Assembly (NCBI RefSeq): GCF_900120405.1
Contig: NZ_LT635493.1
Span: 929,452 to 961,451, forward strand
DNA: 32,000 bases
Source: Urinicoccus massiliensis
GTDB taxonomy: Bacteria; Bacillota; Clostridia; Tissierellales; Peptoniphilaceae
Direction: 5' to 3'
Made by a program: the position numbers and the translations under genes. The notes under the pieces were generated by a model, which saw nothing but the letters and a program-made list of their open reading frames with translations, was not told the DNA's origin and ran no database searches. Of this stretch, positions 25,486-32,000 are shown in pieces. Within the stretch, counting starts at the first letter, position 1. Every line of letters starts with the position of its first letter.

Positions 25486-25512
25486 GGAAGAAAATTTTCT
25501 TCCTCTTTTTTT
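25486..25512 (+). terminator. Intrinsic terminator inside the 5' leader of the purine permease gene (candidate attenuator)
   Basis: GGAAGAA-aatt-TTCTTCC followed by TCTTTTTTT, 66 nt upstream of the TTG start. Confidence 0.5.
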
Positions 25513-25577
25513 ATCCGCCTATTAAAAGAGCCTGGCTTGTGCTAAAATAAAGGTATTAAATAAAAGGAGGGATCAGA

Positions 25578-26903
25578 TTGGAAAACAATCAATCGTTTTT
25601 GGAACGCAAGTTTTTGCTAAGTCAGCATAAGACCGATGCAAAAACAGAGTTTATGGCCGGATTAACGACATTTATGACCATGTCCTATATCCTAATTGTC
25701 AACCCCAGCCTATTGTCACAAACAGGTATGGACAAGGGAGGCGTCTTTACAGCCACCATCATTGCATCCATTATTGCCATGTTGCTGATGGGCCTTTACG
25801 CCAACATGCCCTTTGCCCTGTCGGCAGGAATGGGCTTAAACGCCTTTTTCACCTTTACCGTTTGTCTTGGTATGGGCTATGACTGGTCATTTGCTTTAAC
25901 CGCTGTATTTTTAGAAGGTATTATTTTTATCCTATTATCCTTTTTCAATGTCCGGGAAGCAATTTTTACAGCCATTCCCTATTCATTAAAAAAGGCGGTG
26001 TCCGTAGGGATCGGTCTCTTTATTGCCCTGATTGGTTTTACCAGTTCAGGCCTAATTGTAGCCAATGAAGCAACCTACCTGTCTATGGGCAACCTCTTGA
26101 CCAAGGAAAGCTTTATTGCCATTGTGGCCCTATTTACCATGGCCATCTTAACAGCCAAACAAGTTCGGGGAGCCTTGTTATACGGGATTATTATCTCAAC
26201 AGTGATTGCCCTGATTACAGGGGTAACCCATTTTCCGGGAATTGCAAGTTTATTCTCCCTACCCCCGTCCATTAAGGATGTGGCCTTCCACCTGGAATGG
26301 AACAACATCCTCACCTTTGACATGTTTTCCGTCATGTTCACTTTCCTCTTTGTGGATATTTTTGACACAGTAGGAACCCTAACTGGGGTGGCAACCAAGG
26401 CGGACTTAATTGACAAAGACGGAAACCTGCCGGGCGTTAGCAAGGCCCTCTTGTCGGATGCCATTGGAACAGTTTGTGGTGCCCTTTTGGGAACATCCAC
26501 CATTACCACCTTTGTTGAATCAGCCAGTGGGGTAGCAGATGGGGGACGGACAGGGTTGACCTCCCTATCCACAGCCTTTTTCTTCTTTATCTCCCTCTTC
26601 TTATTCCCACTTTTCTCCATCGTACCACCCCAAGCAACTGCTGCAGCCTTGATCATGGTTGGTCTTTTCATGATGAGCCCCATTACTGAAATTGACTTCA
26701 GTGACTATACGGAATCCGTACCGGCCTTCTTGACCATTGCCATGATGCCCTTTGCCTATTCCATTGCCGAAGGGATTTCTGTAGGGATGATCTCCTATGT
26801 GATTATGAAGGTTGTTACTGGTCGATCCAAGGAAGTATCAGTAGTTATGTATATCTTGGCCCTTGTTTTCTTGCTGAGATATTTAAGCCCACTTGTTTTT
26901 TAA
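25578..26903 (+). CDS. NCS2-family nucleobase permease (AzgA/PbuG-type adenine/guanine/hypoxanthine)
   Basis: TTG start 6-7 nt after AAAGGAGGG. FLERKFLLSQHKTDAKTEFMAGLTTFMTMSYILIVNPSLL is the typical N-terminus of this family. 441 aa, polytopic. Confidence 0.88.
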   Translation: MENNQSFLERKFLLSQHKTDAKTEFMAGLTTFMTMSYILIVNPSLLSQTGMDKGGVFTATIIASIIAMLLMGLYANMPFALSAGMGLNAFFTFTVCLGMGYDWSFALTAVFLEGIIFILLSFFNVREAIFTAIPYSLKKAVSVGIGLFIALIGFTSSGLIVANEATYLSMGNLLTKESFIAIVALFTMAILTAKQVRGALLYGIIISTVIALITGVTHFPGIASLFSLPPSIKDVAFHLEWNNILTFDMFSVMFTFLFVDIFDTVGTLTGVATKADLIDKDGNLPGVSKALLSDAIGTVCGALLGTSTITTFVESASGVADGGRTGLTSLSTAFFFFISLFLFPLFSIVPPQATAAALIMVGLFMMSPITEIDFSDYTESVPAFLTIAMMPFAYSIAEGISVGMISYVIMKVVTGRSKEVSVVMYILALVFLLRYLSPLVF

Positions 26904-26930
26904 AAAAGTTTAAGAATTTAGGGGAAATAG

Positions 26931-27515
26931 TTGATTTACGAGGAAAAAATTCGCCAAGAAATTATAGACGACCCAGATAATGCAGATTTTAAAGCCATGG
27001 GTTATAAACCCTTGTTCTCTGCAAACCCTAAGGCTCGGATTGTCCTAATAGGACAGGCGCCGGGAATTCGGGCCCAAGAAAGTGGTAGGCTTTGGCAGGA
27101 CCAAAGTGGGGAAAGACTTATGAAATTTTTAGCTGTGGATGAGGCTACTTTTTTCAACCCATCCTTGTTTGCCCATTTACCCATGGATTTTTATTTTCCG
27201 GGCAAGGGCCCTAATGGAGATAAAAAACCTCGCAAGGGCTTTGCTAAAAAATGGCACCCGCTTTTGTTAAAAGAGATGAAGGAAATTCTCTTGTTCATTC
27301 TCATTGGCAAGGGGGCGCAGGATTTTTATCTTGGATCTACTGTGCAAAAAAATTTAACGGAAACCGTCCGACATTACAAGGACTACTTGCCGAAATTTTT
27401 CCCTATTGTACACCCATCGCCAAGAAATCAAATTTGGATGCATAAAAATCCCTGGTTTGCAAAAGAGGTCCTCCCGGCCCTACAAACCAGGGTAGCTGAA
27501 ATTCTAAGTTTATAG
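26931..27515 (+). CDS. Uracil-DNA glycosylase superfamily protein
   Basis: Motif A IVLIGQAPG and motif B IVHPSPRN. 194 aa, TTG start. Confidence 0.8.
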   Translation: MIYEEKIRQEIIDDPDNADFKAMGYKPLFSANPKARIVLIGQAPGIRAQESGRLWQDQSGERLMKFLAVDEATFFNPSLFAHLPMDFYFPGKGPNGDKKPRKGFAKKWHPLLLKEMKEILLFILIGKGAQDFYLGSTVQKNLTETVRHYKDYLPKFFPIVHPSPRNQIWMHKNPWFAKEVLPALQTRVAEILSL

Positions 27516-27520
27516 TTTTA

Positions 27521-27555
27521 AGGGAAGCACCAGGCTAAAGGGGCTTCCCTTTTTG
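27521..27555 (+). terminator. Intrinsic terminator
   Basis: AGGGAAGC...GCTTCCCT stem followed by TTTT. Confidence 0.65.
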
Positions 27556-27788
27556 CTTGCGGGGAAAAGAAAGTGGAGGGGAAAAATGACAAAAATTCTA
27601 TGGGAAAAGCTATAAATTAATGAACGGGTTTAAAGCCTCCGATAGCTGGACAAAACTCCCCAATTTTAGTACAATAGGCTCAGATGAGAAAACGCTTTAC
27701 TTTTATTGGAGAGGTTCATACGGAACTGAATTATTGGGATTAAGACTAAGGATTGAGATAGCATAAGCCGATATTTAAGGAGGCAAAA

Positions 27789-28310
27789 ATGTCAGTTCAT
27801 GAAACAGGATTAAAGGGCTATACCATTCGGGATGCAAACCGGGAGGATACCAAGCAAATTGTGCAATTTATTCGCGACTTGGCAGACTATGAAGGCTTCT
27901 TACATGAAGTCAAGGCCACAGAAGAAATCATTGAGCAATCCGTCTTTGATGAAGGGGCAGCCAATGTTGTTATGGCAGAATTAGATGGCAAGCCCATCGG
28001 ATTTGCCCTCTTCTTCTATAACTTCTCCACCTTTGAAGGGCGGCCGGGACTCTACCTGGAAGACCTCTATATTCAACCGGAATATCGGAATCGGGGTTAT
28101 GGAAAGAAATTATTAGAATTTCTAGCCCATAAGGCCCATTCCAGAAACTGCAAGCGCTTTGAATGGTGGTGCCTGGATACCAACACCCCCTCCTATCAAT
28201 TCTACAAGGGCTTAGATGCCGAAGACATGGTAGACTGGACGGTCTTTCGAATTGATGGGGACACACTGATTAACATGAGCCGAGATTTTGAAGAAGGCCA
28301 AAAGGGCTAA
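27789..28310 (+). CDS. GNAT-family N-acetyltransferase (diamine acetyltransferase-like)
   Basis: 173 aa. Acetyl-CoA motif IQPEYRNRGYGKKLLEFL. RBS AAGGAGG precedes the start. Confidence 0.85.
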   Translation: MSVHETGLKGYTIRDANREDTKQIVQFIRDLADYEGFLHEVKATEEIIEQSVFDEGAANVVMAELDGKPIGFALFFYNFSTFEGRPGLYLEDLYIQPEYRNRGYGKKLLEFLAHKAHSRNCKRFEWWCLDTNTPSYQFYKGLDAEDMVDWTVFRIDGDTLINMSRDFEEGQKG

Positions 28311-28336
28311 ACCAATCCAAATCAAATGAAATCAAA

Positions 28337-28380
28337 ATCCCCGCTTCCAGGGCTTAAACCTTGGCGGCGGGGATTTTTTT
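28337..28380. terminator. Bidirectional terminator between the GNAT (+) and histidine kinase (-) genes
   Basis: ATCCCCGC...GCGGGGAT stem, with AAAA before and TTTTTTT after. Confidence 0.7.
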
Positions 28381-29692
28381 AGCCTTGTTTCAGGGGGAGG
28401 TCCAGGCTAAAGGTGGAGCCGGATTTTCCCGTGGAGGATACGTAGACCCTACCATGGTGGAGGAGGACAATTTTTTTCACAATGGACAGGCCCAGGCCTG
28501 TAGAGGGGATGTTGGAGGAAAAGTTCTTGTCCAGCTTGTAGTAGCGGTCCCAGATATAGGGGAGGTCTTCTTCCTTGATGCCGGGTCCCTGGTCTTTGAT
28601 GGAAACCAGGACCCGGTTTTTTTCTAAGACCTGGTTAACTTGGATCAGACCGTCTTGGGGGCTATGAGCCATGGCATTGACCAGGAGGTTGTAGAGGACC
28701 TGGTTGATCTTATTTTCGTCAGCTTCCAGCCAGATATCTTGGTCGCAGTGAAAGGTAAAACGCAAGTTCCGACCGGGGTCCAGGGCCTGGAGTTGGTGGA
28801 TGGTATCCCGGATGGCCTGGCTAAGATTGTAGTTACTTAAATCCAGGGGCAGGCGGCCGACTTCCAGGGCGGACTTGTTTAAGAGATCGGAAACCAACTT
28901 GGACAGGCGGGTCACTTCTCTTAGGATGATTTGACTTTGGTCCGGGGTGACTTCCTGGGGAAAGTCGTGGATGAGTTCGGCCTGGGAGTAGATCAGGGCC
29001 AGGGGGGTCCTTAGGTCGTGGCTGACATTGGCCAAAAGTTCCCTCCGGTCTTGGTCCAAGAGGGCCAGGTCCTTGGAGGCTGTAGTTAATGTATGGGAGA
29101 GTTCTTGAATTTCTCGGTAGCCGGATTCTTGAAAATTGCCCTGGTAGAATCCCTTGGACAATTTTTTTGCCTCCCGGTTGAGGCGGACAATGGGCCGGGC
29201 AATCATCTTGGAAAGGTAGAAGGCTGCCAGGCTGGAAAGAACCAGCATAATGATGGAAACTAGACGCAGCTGGTAGCGGAGGGTGGAGATGGTGGCATCC
29301 ACAGGACTTAAGAGGGCGTAAAAGGTCAGGGAGATTTGAGACCCGTCCTTCAGGGTGTAGATATGGTCTTCTTTTAAAATTTTGGGGTCTGGGTCCAGTT
29401 GGAAGTAGTCTTCTAAAAGGTAGGGGATTTCAAAGTCCTTACTAACTTGGACAACAATATTTTTGGATTTTTCCAATTCTTTTAAGACAACAGGCAGGTC
29501 CGGGGAGTTAATGTGGCGGCCCACCAGGTGGATGGCTTCCCGGACTTCTTTTTCCCGAATCATCTCATAGGTGTCTGACAGGAAGATGGTTTGCAGGGCC
29601 CACAAGAGGGCCAAAAGAAAGAGGTTAAAGGCAAAAAAGAAGAGGAAGATTTGCTGGCGGAGGGGTTTATTTTTCATCGAAACGGTAACCAT
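28379..29692 (-). CDS. Sensor histidine kinase (two TM segments, HAMP, HisKA, HATPase_c)
   Basis: H-box VSHDLRTPL, N-box LLVNAMAHS, G-boxes DQGPGI and GLGLSIVKKI. The start may instead be the ATG at 29677 (MKNKPL...), which overlaps the response-regulator stop by 11 nt. Confidence 0.9.
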   Translation of the reverse strand: MVTVSMKNKPLRQQIFLFFFAFNLFLLALLWALQTIFLSDTYEMIREKEVREAIHLVGRHINSPDLPVVLKELEKSKNIVVQVSKDFEIPYLLEDYFQLDPDPKILKEDHIYTLKDGSQISLTFYALLSPVDATISTLRYQLRLVSIIMLVLSSLAAFYLSKMIARPIVRLNREAKKLSKGFYQGNFQESGYREIQELSHTLTTASKDLALLDQDRRELLANVSHDLRTPLALIYSQAELIHDFPQEVTPDQSQIILREVTRLSKLVSDLLNKSALEVGRLPLDLSNYNLSQAIRDTIHQLQALDPGRNLRFTFHCDQDIWLEADENKINQVLYNLLVNAMAHSPQDGLIQVNQVLEKNRVLVSIKDQGPGIKEEDLPYIWDRYYKLDKNFSSNIPSTGLGLSIVKKIVLLHHGRVYVSSTGKSGSTFSLDLPLKQG

Positions 29693-30332
29693 ATCCCCTG
29701 AGGGTCACAATGTTTTGGGCATAGGGCCCCAGGGCCTTTCTTAAAAGTTTAATGTGGGTGTCCAGGGTCCGGTCGTCTTCTTCCTTGTAGCCCCAAAGGT
29801 CTTCCAGGATTTGGGCCCTGGACTTGGCAATGCCCTTGTGGGCAATAAAGTAAAACAAGAGGGAGTATTCCATGGGGGCCATGGAAATTTCTTGCCCCTG
29901 GATCAGGACTTTTTTGCTGGTAAGGTCTACTGTTAGGTCCTTGTATTGGTAGACTTCATGGGGGCTAGCTTTTTGGCTGCGACGGAGGATGGCCTGGACT
30001 CTAAGCATGATTTCTCTGGAAGAAAAGGGCTTGACTACATAGTCGTCTACCCCTAATTCAAAGCCGATGATCCGGTCAAATTCATCTCCCTTGGCAGTCA
30101 GCATCAGGACCGGGACCTGGGAAAAGGTCCGGATTTCTTTCAGGGCTGTAAAACCGTCCATGACGGGCATCATAACATCCAGGATCAAGAGGTCAAAGTC
30201 TTCTTTTTGACAGAGGTCCAGGGCCTCTTGACCGTTGGCTGCCTCCAAGACTTGGTGGCCGTCCAAGGCGGCATAGCGTTTTAGGCTGTCTCGTAAAATT
30301 TTTTCATCATCACAAATAAGTAATTTTGCCAT
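29667..30332 (-). CDS. OmpR/PhoB-family response regulator
   Basis: Receiver DLLILDVMMPVMDG...LTAKG, and winged-helix C-terminus TLRGYGYRF. Confidence 0.92.
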   Translation of the reverse strand: MAKLLICDDEKILRDSLKRYAALDGHQVLEAANGQEALDLCQKEDFDLLILDVMMPVMDGFTALKEIRTFSQVPVLMLTAKGDEFDRIIGFELGVDDYVVKPFSSREIMLRVQAILRRSQKASPHEVYQYKDLTVDLTSKKVLIQGQEISMAPMEYSLLFYFIAHKGIAKSRAQILEDLWGYKEEDDRTLDTHIKLLRKALGPYAQNIVTLRGYGYRFDEK

Positions 30333-30440
30333 ATTTCCTCCTTATCCTTATTTTATTATAGCAGGACCCCAGCAAAATCCCTATAAAAAATCTTTTAATA
30401 GCAGAAAAGTGAAGAAAATAGGAATCCAGGGCTCTTTCTC

Positions 30441-30469
30441 TTTACCCCGGTAAAAAACTGTGCTACAAT
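30441..30469 (+). promoter_or_regulatory. Candidate promoter for the SNF transporter gene
   Basis: TTTACC, 17-nt spacer, TGcTACAAT (extended -10). Confidence 0.4.
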
Positions 30470-30562
30470 ATGAAGCATGTATCTAAAATGGCAGGACCTA
30501 GACGAGGCTTTCAAACCCGGCGGGGTCAAGGCCATAAAAAATTCTAAAGGAGGGAGATGCAC

Positions 30563-31885
30563 ATGAAAACACAAAAGAAGTTCAGGTCCAAGTGGGGCTT
30601 TTTATTAACCTCTGTTGGATCGGCTGTGGGCATGGCCAATGTATGGGGCTTTCCATACAAGGTATCCAGCAATGGCGGAGGAAGTTTTTTAATCTATTAT
30701 CTCTTGTTTATTGCCCTATTTTCTTATGTTGGTTTATCGGCAGAATACGCCATTGGCCGACGGGCGGAAACAGGAACCCTGGGTGCTTATGAATATGCCT
30801 TTCGGTCAAACAAATTACATGGACTGGGAAAATTCATCGGCTACTTGCCTCTTTTAGGGTCCATTTGTATATCCATTGGCTACGCAGTAATTATTTCCTA
30901 CATTTTAAAATCCCTGGTGGATTCTTTTACGGGAACCCTGATGACGGTAGACACCCTGGCCTGGTTCCAATCTTTTGCCCTGGAGGGCTTTAAGGTTCTA
31001 CCCTACCACTTTATTGTCATCTTGATTACCCTACTAACCTGTATCACCGGAGCCCATTCTATTGAAAAGGCCAACAAGGTCATGATGCCCTTGTTCTTTG
31101 TCCTCTTTGTATTTTTAGCCATCCGAGTGGCCTTGCTTCCCAATGCCTTGGCCGGCTATAAGTTTATCTTTACACCCAACCCGGCTGAGTTGACAGACCC
31201 CACCACCATTGTCAATGCCATGGGACAAGCCTTTTTCTCCCTGTCCATTACAGGAAGTGGGATGATTGTCTGTGGGGCCTACCTGTCCAAGGAAGAAGAC
31301 ATTGTTTCCGGAGCCAAGCAAACAGCGATTTTTGACACCATTGCTGCCTTTGTGGCTGCCCTGGTTATGATTCCAGCCCTTTTTGCCTTCCACCAAGACC
31401 AAGTTGGTGGACCGGACCTGCTCTTTGTTATCCTGCCCAAGATTTTGCAAGAAATCCAAGGGGGACAAATTTTTGCCATTGTCCTTTTTGTAGCGGTCTT
31501 ATTTGGAGGAATTTCCTCCCTACAAAATATGTATGAGGTAGTTTGCGAATCCATCCTCCACCGCCATCCCAAGCTGTCCAGAAAGCTGGTCTTGTTGATG
31601 ATTGGTCTGGTGTCCTTTATCCCCGGGGTTTTTATGGAGGACATTGTCCACTGGGGGCCTTGGATGGACTTGATCTCCATCTACATCATCCCACTGGGGG
31701 CAACCCTGGGAGCCATTAGCTGGTTCTGGATCCTTAAGAAGGATGAATTGTTGGACGAAATCAATACGGGCATAGGAGGAAAGAAGCCCTATGGGAAGAC
31801 CTGGTACGCCCTAGGTAAATACATTTATGTTCCCTTGTCCATCCTCTTATGTTTAATTGCCCTGGTTTTTAAAATTGCCTTTTAA
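30563..31885 (+). CDS. Sodium-dependent transporter, SNF/NSS family
   Basis: WGFLLTSVGSAVGMANVWGFPY is the NSS signature. I prefer the ATG at 30563 (8 nt after AAAGGAGGG) over the ATG at 30557 (2 nt after it). Confidence 0.9.
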   Translation: MKTQKKFRSKWGFLLTSVGSAVGMANVWGFPYKVSSNGGGSFLIYYLLFIALFSYVGLSAEYAIGRRAETGTLGAYEYAFRSNKLHGLGKFIGYLPLLGSICISIGYAVIISYILKSLVDSFTGTLMTVDTLAWFQSFALEGFKVLPYHFIVILITLLTCITGAHSIEKANKVMMPLFFVLFVFLAIRVALLPNALAGYKFIFTPNPAELTDPTTIVNAMGQAFFSLSITGSGMIVCGAYLSKEEDIVSGAKQTAIFDTIAAFVAALVMIPALFAFHQDQVGGPDLLFVILPKILQEIQGGQIFAIVLFVAVLFGGISSLQNMYEVVCESILHRHPKLSRKLVLLMIGLVSFIPGVFMEDIVHWGPWMDLISIYIIPLGATLGAISWFWILKKDELLDEINTGIGGKKPYGKTWYALGKYIYVPLSILLCLIALVFKIAF

Positions 31886-31890
31886 AAAAA

Positions 31891-31926
31891 TTCCCCTCTT
31901 GCTTTCAAACAAGAGGGGAACTTTTA
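31891..31926. terminator. Intrinsic terminator
   Basis: TTCCCCTCTTG-ctttcaaa-CAAGAGGGGAA followed by CTTTTAT, preceded by an A-run. Confidence 0.75.
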
Positions 31927-32000
31927 TGTCTTTTTTTACTTTAAGGCCAAAGGGGTCGGCAGTTTTTAAATTCTTCCGGGCTGAGATGGCGGCTACTCCG

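Noticed and set aside
30470-30556. The A-rich tail CATAAAAAATTCTAAAGGAGG before the SNF transporter start resembles the 3' tail of a preQ1-I riboswitch.
   Set aside because: I cannot build the required 5-bp P1 hairpin or the loop-tail pseudoknot upstream (only a 3-bp GGC/GCC helix). An SNF amino-acid-type symporter is not an expected preQ1 regulon member. The leader is also too short (~90 nt) for a T-box.
217-31680. Numerous 60-215-aa ORFs in the six-frame track that lie inside or antisense to the large genes. Examples: 217-624, 8188-9463 cluster, 10602-12229, 14161-14583, 15619-16595, 17266-18397 including the 215-aa ORF at 17731-18378, 18535-19419, 19874-20780, 21345-21928, 26075-26683, 27970-28840, 31115-31680.
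   Set aside because: Each one overlaps a longer ORF that has clear family motifs and an RBS. Their translations are low-complexity (Pro/Gly/Arg-rich in the GC-rich half, Ile/Leu/Phe-rich in the AT-rich half), as expected from antisense or off-frame reading. None has a convincing RBS.
31927-32000. Possible 3' end of a convergent minus-strand gene (the frame reads ...SPEEFKNCRPLWP* and ends near 31944).
   Set aside because: Only about 19 codons are visible and a second frame is also open. It cannot be supported from this window.
1-32000. Scan for tRNA/rRNA genes, CRISPR repeat-spacer arrays, IS terminal inverted repeats with a transposase, integrase genes and retron/reverse-transcriptase genes.
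   Set aside because: I saw no regularly spaced 25-40-bp repeats, no tRNA-like cloverleaf candidates, and no ORF with transposase, integrase or RT motifs. The only mobility trace is the 14-codon relaxase-like fragment. A reading by eye can miss short RNA genes, so tRNAscan-SE or Infernal would be the decisive check.

Overview
The window splits into two compositional parts. All family assignments below come from motif recognition by eye, not from database searches.

(1) About 1-13.6 kb is strongly AT-rich accessory DNA that reads as a defence/mobile island. It holds:
- an unknown 351-aa ORF, possibly truncated by the window edge;
- a KilA-N-domain gene followed by an AIPR-family abortive-infection gene;
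- a stand-alone Toprim-domain protein;
- a complete type I restriction-modification operon (hsdM-hsdS-hsdR);
- decayed fragments: a frameshifted small ORF and a 14-codon relaxase-like N-terminus.

Three diverged direct copies of a ~140-bp sequence sit exactly at the module borders. Two copies extend to ~300 bp and end in the same bidirectional terminator. The last copy abuts the chromosomal-side genes. This cassette-like partitioning is the most unusual thing I can see.

(2) About 15.5-32 kb is GC-richer, tightly packed housekeeping-type DNA of a Gram-positive (Firmicutes-like) chromosome. It encodes a fetAB-like ABC exporter, two MFS transporters, an M20 deacylase, a zinc-ribbon/SH3b membrane protein and a YqjG-like Xi-class GST. 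It also encodes a secreted C69 dipeptidase with SLH repeats, an NCS2 purine permease, a UDG-family protein, a GNAT acetyltransferase, an OmpR-type two-component pair and an SNF sodium symporter.

The interval 13.6-15.5 kb (small glycine-zipper membrane protein plus nhaC) is compositionally intermediate. There, nhaC is bracketed by a perfect 37-bp direct repeat of a terminator.

I recognised no rRNA, tRNA, CRISPR array, transposase or integrase in the window.
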